A stretch of 64,000 nucleotides of DNA from an uncultured Candidatus Rokubacteria bacterium (GTDB lineage Bacteria > Methylomirabilota > Methylomirabilia > Rokubacteriales > DASRDR01), in the NCBI GenBank assembly GCA_963708025.1, contig CAVPSB010000034.1, positions 166,440 to 230,439 on the forward strand, in the 5' to 3' direction. Within the stretch, counting starts at the first letter, position 1. Each line of letters starts with the position of its first letter. This document shows, in pieces, positions 50,873 through 62,662 of this stretch. The notes under the pieces are model-generated. The model saw nothing but the letters and a program-made list of their open reading frames with translations. It did not search any database and was not told the origin of the DNA. The position numbers were made by a program, and so were the translations under genes.

Positions 50873-53800
50873 ATGGTGCAGTGTTCCCGGTGCCGAGCCG
50901 ATAACCCTGCTGGCATGAAGTTCTGTGGCCAGTGTGCGGCACCACTCGCCCTTGTCTGCCCGTCATGCGCGGCCGCCAATCCTCCAGGCAACAAGTTCTG
51001 CGGGCAGTGTGCGACACCGCTCGTCAAAGCCGGCGAGCCACGGTTCGAGTCGCCTGAGTCCTACACACCCAAACACCTCGCCGAGAAGATCCTCATTTCC
51101 CGAGCCGCATTGGAGGGCGAGCGCAAGCAGGTGACGGTGCTGTTCGCCGACATGAAAGGCTCGATGGAGCTCCTCGCCGATCGGGATCCCGAGGAGGCCC
51201 GGAAGCTCCTGGACCCCGTCCTCGAGCGGATGATGGAGGCGGTCCACCGCTACGAGGGCACCGTCAACCAGGTGATGGGCGATGGGATCATGGCGCTGTT
51301 CGGCGCGCCGGTGGCCCACGAGGACCATGCCGTCCGCGCCTGCTACGCGGCGCTGCGGATGCAGGAGCTCATGCAGCGCTACGCGGCGGAGGCGCGCCGG
51401 GCGCACGGTGTCAACGTGCAGATCCGGGTCGGGCTCAACTCGGGCGAGGTCGTCGTGCGGGCCATCGACAGCGATCTCCACATGGACTACACGGCGGTCG
51501 GTCAGACGACACACCTGGCGGCGCGGCTGGAACAGTTCGCGAGCCCGGGCAGCATCCTGGTCACGGGCGCGACCCTGGACCTGGTCGAGGGCTACATCGC
51601 CGTGACGTCGCTCGGCCCGGTGCCGGTCAAGGGGCTGGCGGAGCCGGTGGCGGTTTACGAGGTGACGGGGGTGGGCCCGGCGCGGACGCGCCTGCAGGCG
51701 GCGGCCCGGCGGGGGCTGACCCGGTTCGTCGGCCGGGCCGCGGAGCTGGAGCAGCTCCGCCGGGCCCAGCAGCTGGCCGGCGCCGGGCGCGGGCAGGTGG
51801 CGGCGATCGTCGGCGAGGCGGGGGTGGGGAAATCGCGCCTCGTCTACGAGTTCACTCACTCGGATCGCCTGCAGGGCTGGCGGGTGCTGGAGAGCGCCTC
51901 GGTCTCGTACGGCAAGGCGACGAGCTACTGGCCGGTGATCGACCTCCTGAAGGGCTACTTCAAGATCCAGGATCGGGATGACCTGCGGGAGGTCCAGGCG
52001 AAGGTGACGGGCACGCTGCTGACGCTCGACCGCACGCTGGAACCGACGCTGCCGGCCCTGCTGGCCCTGCTCGACGTGCCGGGGGAGGACGGCGGGTGGA
52101 CGGGGCTAGACCCGACGCAGCGGCGCCAGCGCACGCTGGACGCGGTGAAGCGGCTGTGGCTGCGGGAGGCGCGGGAGCAACCGCTGCTGCTGATCTTCGA
52201 GGACCTCCACTGGATCGACCCCGAGACCCAGGCGCTGCTCGACGGCCTGGTCGAGAGCCTGGCGGCGGCGCGGGTGCTGCTCCTGGTGACCTACCGGCCG
52301 GAGTACCAGCACGGCTGGGGGGCAAGAGCCCCTACAGCCAGCTGCGGCTGGACGCGCTGCCGGCCGAGACGGCCACCGAGCTGCTGGAGGCGCTGCTGGG
52401 CGCCGACCCCGGGCTGGGGCCGCTCAAGCAGCGGCTCGTCCGGCGGGGGAACCCGTTCTTCCTGGAGGAGACCGTCCGGATGCTGGTGGAGACGAAGGCG
52501 CTGGCCGGCGAGCGCGGGGGATATCGGCTCGCCCAGCCGGTCGAGGCGATCCAGGTGCCCCCCACGGTGCAGACGATCCTGGCGGCACGCATCGACCGGC
52601 TGGCGCCGGAGGACAAGCGGCTGCTGCAGGTCGCCGCGGTGGTCGGCAAGGACGTGCCGTGGGTCCTCCTGCAGGCGATCGCCGAGCGGCCGGACGACGA
52701 GCTCCGGGGCGGGCTCGACCGCCTCCAGGCGGCCGAGTTCGTCTACGAGACCGGGCTCTATCCGGAGCTGGAGTACACCTTCAAGCACGCCCTCACCCAC
52801 GAGGTCACCTACGGCAGCATGCTGCAGGAGCGGCGGCGCGCGCTGCACGCGCGGATCGTCGCGGCGATCGAGACGGTCCACCGCGACCGTCTTGGCGAGC
52901 AGACCGAGCGGCTCGCCCATCACGCCTTCCGGGGCGAGTTGCGGGAGAAGGCGGTGGGCTATCTCCGACGGGCCGGACTCAGGGCTGCCTCACGATCGGC
53001 GCTCGCGGACGCCCGGGGCTGGTTCGAGCAGGCGCTGGGGGTCCTCGAGGCACTGCCGGAGAGCCAGCCCGTGCTGGAGCAGGCCTTCGACACCCGCCTC
53101 GAGCTGCGGTCGGTGCTAACCCAGCTCGGTGAAGGCCGACGGATGCTGGAGCGTCTTCGTGAGGCCGAGAAGCTCGCCGAGCGATTGAACGACGACCGCC
53201 GGCGAGGCCAGGTCTACGCGTTCCTGACGATCACCTACGGGATGCTCGGTGAGCTTGACGACGCGCTCGTGGCCGGCTCCCGCGCGCTGGAGATCGCCGG
53301 GCGCCTCGGGAACGTGAAACTCCGCATCCTCACGACGAGCTATCTCGAGTTCGTGCATATGCAGCGCGGCGAGTACCAGCGGGTGATCGAGCTCGCCACC
53401 GACAACCTCGCAACGTTGCCAGCCGACTGGGCCTACGAGTATCTCGGAATCGCCGCCCCCCCATCGGTCTGGGACCGCGTCTTGCTGGTCAGGGGCCTCG
53501 CGGAGCTCGGTAGATTCGCCGAGGCGGCCGAGTACGAAGCGGAGGCGATCCGGGTTGCCGAGTGGACGCAGCATGCCTTCACCGTCGGTTTTGCCTACGC
53601 CTTCCCATCCACCCACCTCCTCAAGGGGGAATGGACGAAGGCGCGCTCACAGATCGAGCGCGGTGTCGCGGCCATCCGGACTGGAAACGTTGTCGTGCAG
53701 CTCCCGTACGCGGTCGCCTTGTCCTCCTGGGTGCTGGCACAGCTCGGCGAGGCAAGCGAGGCCCTGAGCCGGCTTCGGGAGGCCGAGGAGCTCCTCGAGC

Positions 53801-54240
53801 GTGTCTCAGTGAGGGGAATCGTCGCGCAGCACGCCCGTGCCTACCACTCGCTCGGACGCACCTGTCTGCTACTCGGTCGGCTTGACGAAGCGCGGAACTT
53901 CGCCGACCGCACGATCAAATTCTCACTGCGGCACCCTGGTTGCGCGGCCTATGCTTCGCACCTGCTCGGCGACATCGGAACTCATCCCGATCGGTTTGAC
54001 GCCGAGCGCGGCGAGGCCCACTTCCGGGACGCGCTGGCCCTGGCCGAACCGCGCGGCATGCGCCCCCTCGTCGCCCACTGCCACCTCGGCCTTGGCAAGC
54101 TCTACCGCGGTACCGGCGACCAGACGAAGGCCGGGGAACACCTCCAGACCGCGATCACGATGTACCGCGAGATGGGCATGAGCTTCTTCTTGGAGAAGGC
54201 GGAGGCGACGCTGGCGCCACCACATAGGAACTCACCCTGA
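50873..54240 (+). CDS. Class III nucleotide cyclase with double zinc ribbon, STAND/AAA ATPase and TPR-like tail (frameshift in G-run near 52320)
   Basis: CxxC repeats, TVLFADMKGS, GDGIMALFGAP, GEAGVGKS, EDLHW, GNPFF, FKHAL. Confidence 0.92.
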
Positions 54241-54380
54241 ACCTGGTCGCGTCTCTACAGGGCGACATGGCAGCAATCCTCGAAATACCCAGCATTTTGC
54301 TTGCCCGCGGGACGGCCTTGGCGTAGCCTGTCGCCAATCATCACACGGTCGCCACGCACCTGACAGGTCGAGGAGGGCCG

Positions 54381-57300
54381 ATGCGTCGGGGTGCAAAGCC
54401 CGCGAAGCCGAAGGTCGAAGCCAAGCCGCCGACCGCCGCCCGCAAGTCCGTGAAGAACGACGGCTCAAGGGTACCGAACCTTGAGAAGCGGCTGGCGGAG
54501 GCGCAAAAGCGCGAGACGGAGGCGCTGAAACGCGAGGCGGAAGCACTGGAGCAGCAGGCGGCCACTGCCGAGATCCTGCGCATCATCTCGAGCTCGCCGA
54601 CCGACCTCCAGCCGGTGTTCGACGCGATCGCCGAGCGGGCGATGTACTTGTGCGGAGCCAGCTCCGGCGCCGTCACGAGGTTCGACGGCGAGCTCATTCA
54701 CCTGACCGCGCTCGCGAACGTCAGCCCAGAGGCGGCGGCGAAGGCTCGGAGCGTGTTCCCCATGCCGCCAAGCCGCAGGACCGCGGTCGGCCGGGCGGTC
54801 CTGACCGGCGGCCCCGTCCAGATCCGGGATGTTGTAGAGGACCCCGAGTACGGCATCGCGACGCAGGCGCGGGACGCCTTTCGGAGCATGCTCTCGGTGC
54901 CGATGCTGCATCAGGGGAAGGCCATCGGTGCGGTGACCGTCGGACACCCCGACCCAGGACCGTTTTCAGAACGGCAGATCTCGCTCCTCCAAACCTTCGC
55001 CGCCCAGGCGGTGATCGCCATCGAGAACGTCCGGCTGTTCAACACCGAGCAGGTGCGCACGCGCGAACTTGCCGAATCGCTGCAGCAGCAGACCGCCACC
55101 GCCGATGTGCTCAAGCTGATCAGCCGCTCGGCATTCGATTTGCCCACCGTGCTCGACACACTCTGCGAGTGGGCCGTCCGGTTTTGCGACGCCGATCATG
55201 CCTACTTGTTCCAGCGCGATGGCGAGATGTACCACTGGGCCGCCAGTTTCGGTCATGCGACCGAAGTGCACGCTCGAATCAGGGACTATTTCAAGGGCCG
55301 GCCTGTTCCGGCGGATCGCGGCAGTGTCACCGGGCGAGCCGCCCTGGAGGCCAGAGTTGTTCAGGTTGCCGATGTGCTGGCGGACTCGGACTATACCTGG
55401 AGTGGCGCTCAGGAGATTGGTGGCTACCGGGCCGCGCTCGGTGTTCCGCTCTTGCGCGAGGGAAAAGTCGTCGGCGTGATCTTCGTGGCGAAAGCTGTGC
55501 CGCGGCCCTTCACCGACCAGCAGATCGAACTCGTCACGACGTTCGCCGACCAAGCCGTCATCGCGATCGAGAACGTCCGCCTCTTTCAGGAGCTGCAGGC
55601 CCGGAATCGCGAGCTGACCGAAGCGCTGGAGCAGCAGACGGCGACTAGCGAGATCCTGCGCGTGATCAGCCGTTCGCCCACGGATATTCAGCCCGTTCTT
55701 GACGCGGTGGCGGAGAGCGCGGCCCGCCTGTGCGAATCGTTCGACTCGATAGTATGGCTTCGGGACGGGGACGAGCTCCGCCTCGCCGCCCACCACGGCC
55801 CGATACCCATCCGCTCCACCCTCCCGTTGATCCGAGGGATGATCAACGGCCGGGCGGTCCTGGACGGGCGGACTATCCACGTCGCCGACATGCCGGCCGA
55901 GACGGACGAGTATCCGGAGGGCAGCGAGAACGCGAGACGCCTGAGCCACCGCACGGTCCTCGCCGTGCCGTTGACGCGAGAGGGCGTGGCAATCGGGACG
56001 ATCAGTCTCCGGCGGACGGAGATCCGCCTGTTCTCGGATCGCCAGGTCGCCCTCCTCCAGACCTTCGCCGACCAGGCGGTCATCGCTATTGAGAATGTGC
56101 GATTGTTCGAGGAATTGGAGGAGAAGAACCGCGCGCTGACGCAGGCACACGCCCAGGTGACCGAGGCCCTCGAGCAGCAGACGGCGACGGCCGAGATCTT
56201 GCGAGTCATCAGCCAGTCGCCAACAGATGTTCAGCCCGTTCTCGACGCGGTTGCCGAGAACGCAGCTCGATTGTGCCAGGCCACCGACGCCATCGTCCTT
56301 CGTGTCGAGGGCGACGGTTTGCGGCTTGCGGCCTCCTATGGAGCGCTCCCTACGACCTGGGAGCCCGACCGGAGGCTTCCGATCAGCCGCGGGATGCCAA
56401 GTGGACGCGCCGTGATCGATTGTCGGCCTATCCATGTCCACGACCTTCTGGCGGCGCCTGACGCGGAATTCGCCGAGGCGAAGGCTCGTGCCCGTCTGCG
56501 GGGGACGGAGCAGTTCATACGAACCGTGCTGGCCACGCCGCTTTTACACAACGAGAGGTCGATCGGGGCGATCGTGATTCGTAAGGCGCAAGTGCAGCCC
56601 TTCTCGGATAAGCAGATCGCCCTCGTCCAGACCTTCGCCGACCAAGCCGTGATCGCGATCGAGAACGTACGGCTGTTCACGGAACTGCAGGAGAAGAACC
56701 GTGCGGTCACTCTGGCTCACGCCCAGGTGACCGAGGCGCTGGAGCAGCAGACGGCCACGGCGGAGATCCTGCGGGTGATCGCCCGCTCGCCGACCGACAT
56801 CGGCCCGGTCTTTGCGACGATCCTCGAGAAGGCGATGGTCCTCGTCGGCGCCCAACTCGGGGCGCTCTTGCGCTACGAGGGCAACGAACTGTTCCGGTAC
56901 GTCGAGATCCGCGGTGCCGGGCCCGAAACAAGGGCCCTGTGGCAGGAACCCCAGCGGTTCGGGCGGCCGTGGTTTCGATCGAGCGGCCCCTGGAAGCCGG
57001 CCCAGATCCTCGACGTGCGCGAGACCGAGCCTTACCGTCGGCGAGAGCCGCTCTGGGTCACCAACGTCGAGCAGGAGGGAGTGCGGACGCTGCTGAACGT
57101 GCCGCTGGTCAGCGGGGGCCGGTTCCTCGGCGCCATCTCGCTCTGGCGTCGGGAGATGCGGGCCTTCTCCGAGAAGGAGATCGCGCTGCTCCAGACCTTC
57201 GCCGACCAGGCAGTCATCGCCATCGAGAACGTCCGGCTGTTCACCGAGACCAAGGAGGCGCTGGAACAGCAGACGGCGACGAGTGAGATCCTGCGTGTGA

Positions 57301-59090
57301 TCGCGAGCTCGCCGACCGATTTGCAGCCGGTCATGGAGGCCGTCGCTGAGAACGCCGCCCGGGTGTGCGGGGCAACGGATTCGTCGATCTTCCGCCTGGA
57401 GGGGGAGCACCTGCGCTTGGTGACGAACCATGGACCGCTACGCCGATCAATCACAATCGGAGAGGCCGTCCCGGTTGGCCGCGACCGTGTCGGCGGACGG
57501 GCGGTGAGCGACCGGCGGACGATCCAGGTCGAGGACATCGTGGCGTCCGAGGCAGAGTTCCCGGAAACCGTGTCCCGCATGAGGCAGGCTGGAGTCCTCA
57601 CCCGGACAATGGTGGCGACGCCGCTCCTGCGCGAGGGCACGCCGCTGGGCGTCATCATGATCAATCGAGGGCCCGAGGTCCAACCTTTCTCAGCCAAGCA
57701 GATCGCGCTCCTCGAGACGTTCGCCAACCAGGCGGTCATCGCCATCGAGAACGTGCGTCTCTTCAACGAGCTGCGGGCGCGGACCGCCGAGCTGACTCGC
57801 TCGGTGGAGCAGCTCACGGCCCTGGGGGAGGTCAGCCGGGCCGTCAGCTCGACCCTGGACCTCCAGACGGTGCTCACCACCATTGTGACTCGTGCGGTCC
57901 AGCTTTCAGCCGCCAACGGCGGCGGTGTCATCTACGAGTACGACGACGTCACGGAGGAGTTCCGCCTCCGAGCCACGCACGGGATGGACGCCGCGCTCAG
58001 CAACGCCTTGCAAACGGCACCCATCCGGCTCGGCGAGGGGGCGATGGGGCAGGCCGGGCTGACCCGAGCGCCCGTCCAGGTGGCCGACATCGTGGACGAG
58101 CGCGCCGTTGTCTTGGCTCGAGTGCGGCCGGTCCTGATGCAGTCTGGCTATCGGTCTCTTCTGGCGGTGCCCCTCCTCCTTGAGCAGCGCATCATGGGCG
58201 GGTTGGTCGTCTGGCGGCGGGAATCGGGGCCCTTCGATCCCGCCGTCGTGAACCTCCTTCAGGCCTTCGCCACGCAGTCGGTGCTCGCGATCCAGAATGC
58301 CCGGCTCTTCCGGGAGCTCGACGCCAAGAGCCGGCAGCTCGAGGCCGCGAGCCGCCACAAGTCGGAGTTCCTCGCCAACATGTCCCATGAGCTCCGGACG
58401 CCGCTGAACGCCATCCTCGGCTTCTCGGAGGTCCTCCTGGAGCGGATGTTCGGGGAGGTGAACGCGAAGCAGACGGAGTATCTACAGGACATCCTCGGCT
58501 CCGGTCAGCACCTCCTGTCCTTGATCAACGACATTCTCGACCTGTCCAAGGTGGAGGCTGGCCGGCTGGAGCTGGAGCTCGGGCAGTTCCACCTACCCAC
58601 CGCCCTGGACAATGCGTTGACCCTGATTCGAGAGCGGGCGACCCGGCACGGGATCACGCTCACCCAGACGGTGGACGAGCGGGTCGGCGAGATCGTAGCG
58701 GACGAGCGGAAGGTGAAGCAGATCCTGTTGAACCTCCTGTCCAACGCGGTGAAGTTCACCCCGGAGGGGGGGCGGGTTGGCGTCACCGCCACGGCGATCA
58801 ATGACGCCATCACCATCGCCGTCAGTGACACCGGGATCGGGATTGCGCCCGAGGACCAGGCGGCCATCTTCGAGGAGTTTCGCCAGGTCGGCCGGGATGA
58901 CGCCCGCAAGCAGGAGGGGACGGGGCTCGGGCTGACCCTGGCCAAGAAGTTCGTGGAGCTGCACGGGGGGCGGATCTGGGTCCAGAGCCAGGTGGGTCAG
59001 GGATCTACATTCACCTTCACCCTGCCGGCTCGGCCTGAAGGCCAGGAGTTCGAGCGAACAGTCAGGAGGTGTTCCTCCCTAAACTCGTGA
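54381..59090 (+). CDS. Sensor histidine kinase with seven GAF domains
   Basis: Six AIENVRLF plus one AIQNARLF GAF ends; SHELRTPL, NAVKFT, DTGIG, GTGLGL. Confidence 0.95.
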   Translation: MRRGAKPAKPKVEAKPPTAARKSVKNDGSRVPNLEKRLAEAQKRETEALKREAEALEQQAATAEILRIISSSPTDLQPVFDAIAERAMYLCGASSGAVTRFDGELIHLTALANVSPEAAAKARSVFPMPPSRRTAVGRAVLTGGPVQIRDVVEDPEYGIATQARDAFRSMLSVPMLHQGKAIGAVTVGHPDPGPFSERQISLLQTFAAQAVIAIENVRLFNTEQVRTRELAESLQQQTATADVLKLISRSAFDLPTVLDTLCEWAVRFCDADHAYLFQRDGEMYHWAASFGHATEVHARIRDYFKGRPVPADRGSVTGRAALEARVVQVADVLADSDYTWSGAQEIGGYRAALGVPLLREGKVVGVIFVAKAVPRPFTDQQIELVTTFADQAVIAIENVRLFQELQARNRELTEALEQQTATSEILRVISRSPTDIQPVLDAVAESAARLCESFDSIVWLRDGDELRLAAHHGPIPIRSTLPLIRGMINGRAVLDGRTIHVADMPAETDEYPEGSENARRLSHRTVLAVPLTREGVAIGTISLRRTEIRLFSDRQVALLQTFADQAVIAIENVRLFEELEEKNRALTQAHAQVTEALEQQTATAEILRVISQSPTDVQPVLDAVAENAARLCQATDAIVLRVEGDGLRLAASYGALPTTWEPDRRLPISRGMPSGRAVIDCRPIHVHDLLAAPDAEFAEAKARARLRGTEQFIRTVLATPLLHNERSIGAIVIRKAQVQPFSDKQIALVQTFADQAVIAIENVRLFTELQEKNRAVTLAHAQVTEALEQQTATAEILRVIARSPTDIGPVFATILEKAMVLVGAQLGALLRYEGNELFRYVEIRGAGPETRALWQEPQRFGRPWFRSSGPWKPAQILDVRETEPYRRREPLWVTNVEQEGVRTLLNVPLVSGGRFLGAISLWRREMRAFSEKEIALLQTFADQAVIAIENVRLFTETKEALEQQTATSEILRVIASSPTDLQPVMEAVAENAARVCGATDSSIFRLEGEHLRLVTNHGPLRRSITIGEAVPVGRDRVGGRAVSDRRTIQVEDIVASEAEFPETVSRMRQAGVLTRTMVATPLLREGTPLGVIMINRGPEVQPFSAKQIALLETFANQAVIAIENVRLFNELRARTAELTRSVEQLTALGEVSRAVSSTLDLQTVLTTIVTRAVQLSAANGGGVIYEYDDVTEEFRLRATHGMDAALSNALQTAPIRLGEGAMGQAGLTRAPVQVADIVDERAVVLARVRPVLMQSGYRSLLAVPLLLEQRIMGGLVVWRRESGPFDPAVVNLLQAFATQSVLAIQNARLFRELDAKSRQLEAASRHKSEFLANMSHELRTPLNAILGFSEVLLERMFGEVNAKQTEYLQDILGSGQHLLSLINDILDLSKVEAGRLELELGQFHLPTALDNALTLIRERATRHGITLTQTVDERVGEIVADERKVKQILLNLLSNAVKFTPEGGRVGVTATAINDAITIAVSDTGIGIAPEDQAAIFEEFRQVGRDDARKQEGTGLGLTLAKKFVELHGGRIWVQSQVGQGSTFTFTLPARPEGQEFERTVRRCSSLNS

Positions 59091-59199
59091 CCGAGCTGTC
59101 TCATTCTGTTGACAGGCTTCGCGGACGCCTGTAGACCCTAACGAGCCGCAAGTGCCTGAATCGCAAAGCTCAGCGAATGTGCCACCACCCTACGTAGCT

Positions 59200-59413
59200 C
59201 GTTGGAGCCACCACCGCCCTTCCGTTCTTGCCCATGTCTCCTGGGTTTTGAAAGAGTCGGCCACGACGCGGATCGAGAGGGTGTCACAGCCCTGAAAGGG
59301 CTGAGGCATTCGGAGCATTCGGACGATTTCCCAGTGTCTCGGGGAGTTGCTGGTCGTGATCGCACCACTGCAAGACCCCTGAAGTGCCCCGAAGTGGCAA
59401 GCAAATGGCAAGC
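59200..59413 (+). repeat. Third att junction: tRNA-Glu 3' end plus paralogous arm
   Basis: CGTTGGAGCCACCACCG identical to 36299-36315; about 200 bp of continuing similarity to 36316-36509 ending in a TGGCAAGC doublet. Confidence 0.85.
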
Positions 59414-59432
59414 ACCCTGGCGGCAGAATCCG

Positions 59433-60582
59433 TCATGTGACAACGCGCCGGATCGCCGCGGCATCGACCCGACGGCGGAACCTGAGGATGACGGCACCCG
59501 CCGGAAGCTCTTCCTCGGCACACGCGCGATCCTCGGCGATGCAGAGGATCAGGTTGGCCACGCGAGCCTCTCGATACAGCGCGAGCTTCCGGCGAAGATA
59601 CTCCGGCGTCCAGAACCCTACGAGCTCCAAGAGCCAGCGCCGCGACCGCTCGGCGCGGTGCTGGAGCGCGAAATCGGGGAACACCAGCCGCGTCCCGACG
59701 GGAATCGGCTCGGGCTCCCGCAGCACGTCCCAGTCCGGTGCCACCTTCCGGAAGTCCTGCGCGAACCGCTCCTCGAGCTGGCTGTCGAACCGCCGGGGCT
59801 CCGCGGAGGGAAAGATCGGATCGCCGGTGGCCAGCCGTAGGTCAGCGAGACGATCTTCCAGAAGGCACGTCGCGCGCAGGCGGAACCGCTGGCACCACGC
59901 CAGGTGGGGCACCAGCGATCCGAGGGCGCGTCCATAGAGCACGGTATGACGGAAGAGCGCGAGGGGGCCGGAGATTTCGAGAACGGCTCCCACATCGGCA
60001 GCTGGCCGAGACACGGTACAGAGGAGCCCACGCAGCTTCGCGTGCCGGACCAGGACCCTGGCGTTGCCCTCGACCTCGAGGGTCACACCGGTGGCCCGGC
60101 CGAGGAGGCCCTGGATCAGGCTGAGGTTGGCCCGGAGCGCGAGCTCGGCGGGCGACAGCGAGACCGGCAGGTCGGCGAGCACTCGCTCGCCGGGCAAGTC
60201 GGCGAAGAGCGAGCCTTCGAGGTCGGCTGGGGTCACGCCGAAGGAACTCGCGACCCGTGCCAGGAGCGCGTCACGCGATTCCGGGGCTAACACGGCCTCC
60301 TCGAACAGCAGCCGGCGGGCGTGGCGGGGCGGCACGGGGGAGCGTCGCTCGCTGCGTCCGAGTTGGGCCAGAACTCGGAGCGCGACGTGCTTCTTGCCGG
60401 ATGGGCCCTCCATGGGGAAGAGGGTCTCGCAGGCGGGCGTCGAACTCCCGCTGGCCTCGACCGACGAAGCGCTCACGCTCGTCGAGGAGGACCCTCAGCC
60501 AGGCGTAGTCCGATTCCACGAGGAGTCGCGGTACGACCGCCCCTCCAAGGAGCCTATAGCTGCGCGGAGCGTCGGCGGACAA
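59433..60582 (-). CDS. DUF790 (Bax1-like) PD-(D/E)xK endonuclease (frameshift near 60430)
   Basis: LFADLP, ISGPLALF..YG, FDSQLEERF, REPEP, FPDF, ELVGFWTPEYL. Confidence 0.88.
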
Positions 60583-61946
60583 GACCCTGGCGCCTCCGCC
60601 AGGCCTGACTGACCTCGATGGTGTGGCGCGTGACGAGTTCGTACACCAGGGCCCGCTTGCCCGGGCCCGGGCGGAGGAGCCGGCCCACCCGCTGAACGTG
60701 CTCCCGCTCCCCGAGGGCTCCGCCGACGACCACGCCGACGTCCGCATCCGGCACGTCCAGACCCTCGTTGAGGACCCGGGAGGAGACGAGGGCTCGGAGA
60801 CGACCCCGACGGAACGCGTCGAGCACGGCGTCGCGTTCCGGGCGGCCGATGTCACAGGTCAGGGGCATGATCAGGTGCTCCCGCGCGATGGCATAGGCGC
60901 TGGCGTTGTCGGCGGTGAACACGAGCACGCGCGCGTCGCGGTGACGGGCGAGGAGCGCCTGCAGGGCACGCCGCTTCGCGTCGGTCAGGGCCAGGAGCCG
61001 CCGCGCCTCGCGCCAGGCCGCGAGGGCGCGTCGCCCCTCCGCCGTCCGGCTGGCCGCTCGCACGACATCGGTCCACGTCGCTTGAGGCACCGTCCGGAGG
61101 AGCGCGGCCAAGGTGGTGGTGAAGACCTGGCTCAGCGCCGCGTATCGGGCACGCTCGGCGTCGGCCAGATCCAGGTGGAGGACGATCGCGTCGAATTCAG
61201 CGAGAAACCGGCCGGTCAGGTCCCCGATCGCCAGTTCGTAGACGGTCGGCCCGATCAGTTCCGCAAGCCGGGTCGCGTGGGTCGCGTCGCGAGGCGGAGT
61301 GGCGGTCAAGCCCAGGCGGGCACTCGCGACGGTCATCTCCAGCGCCTCGTCGCGGAAGCCGCAGCCGAAGTGATGGACCTCGTCGACGATCAGGAGACCG
61401 AAGTGGGCTCCGAGGCTGGTCCATGTGGCGGTAGGCACTTTCGTAGGTGGCCACCGTCACGGGCGTCACGTCGCGACGCCCGTCGCCATGGCAGCCGGCC
61501 GGATGGGGATAGACGGACGCGATCTCGCGGCGCCACTGCTCGAGAAGGACGCGCGTCGGCACCAGGCAGAGCGCCGGCAGGCGCGTCGAGGCCATGGCGC
61601 CCAGCGCGACGCGGGTCTTGCCGCTGCCAGTCGGAAGCACGACCACCCCACGCCGGCTGGCCAGTTCCCAGGCAGAGAGAGCGGCGGCCTGGTAGTCGCG
61701 TAGCTCAGGGTCGGCCCAGCCGGTCGTGGGCCCGCGGCCGCCGTGGGCTGCATCGACGAAGGGGATCGCCCGGTCGCGCAGCCAGCGCACCACCGCCGCG
61801 TACATGGAGGCCGGGGCGCGGTGCGCTTCGACTCTGGCGTCCCAGAGAATCCCGGGCGCTCCGGTCAGATCGAGCCCGGCCGGCGTGTTGGCGAGCACGA
61901 TCGTTCCGCGGTCAAACCGGAGGTGCACGGCTCCACCGGGCAGCAA
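60554..61946 (-). CDS. XPB/Rad25-like SF2 helicase (frameshift near 61415)
   Basis: LRDYQ, LPTGSGKT, DEVHH, GLTAT, LNEGLDVP, QRVGRLLR; overlaps DUF790 start. Confidence 0.9.
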
Positions 61947-62312
61947 TCATCGTGCCCGATCGAACATGCGGGGGAGGCCTCGATCGGATGCGGTACCGGC
62001 GGTGTTGGATGCGCGTCACCCGGTACGCCACGTATCCATTCGGGGACAGTCCGCGGAGGTGTTGGAGGGGAAGGACTAGGCGATCGGCGTCTCCCCGGGC
62101 AGACTCCAGAGGAGAGCGAATCCCCCTCGGGGTCCGCGGCCAGCCCCACCTCCACCGTGGCGTGCGAATGGCTTGCTGGCAGCGCGACGAGGGTGCCCGA
62201 CCCGGTCCGCCGACACGCCTCGCGGGGGCTCGGTGGCTGTCCTGTTTCACCGTTCACGCATGAAGGGGGTTAGGCGTTCAGTCGGGACAAGCTGATGAGC
62301 TTCTTGATTGCG

Positions 62313-62357
62313 TTGACACATCGGGCCCAGGCACGCTACTGTCATAATATGTATTAC
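62313..62357 (+). promoter_or_regulatory. Putative TA promoter/operator
   Basis: TTGACA-N18-TACTGT followed by palindromic TAATA-TG-TATTA. Confidence 0.5.
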
Positions 62358-62374
62358 AAGGAGAGGCGAAAGTC

Positions 62375-62662
62375 ATGGGCACAAGAAAGCTGATCACCAT
62401 CTCGCTCCCTCCTCCTCTGGTCAAGAAGGCTGAGGAGTTGGCGAGGGAAGAGAACCGCACGAAATCCGAACTCCTTCGGGAGGCGCTCCGCTTCTATGTG
62501 GAGACGAAGGACGTACGCAAAGTGGCTGCTCGAGAGCGATTCCTGGCCTTGCTCGACCAAGTGCAGGCCAGAACGGAGGGTGTTCCGTCTCGGCGCATCC
62601 GAAAGATCGTCGGTGAAGCCATCGACGCGGTGCGACGCCGGAAGCGTCGTGCCAGTGCATGA
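62375..62662 (+). CDS. Ribbon-helix-helix (CopG-type) antitoxin
   Basis: ITISLP..RTKSELLREALR; 4-bp overlap with PIN gene. Confidence 0.85.
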   Translation: MGTRKLITISLPPPLVKKAEELAREENRTKSELLREALRFYVETKDVRKVAARERFLALLDQVQARTEGVPSRRIRKIVGEAIDAVRRRKRRASA

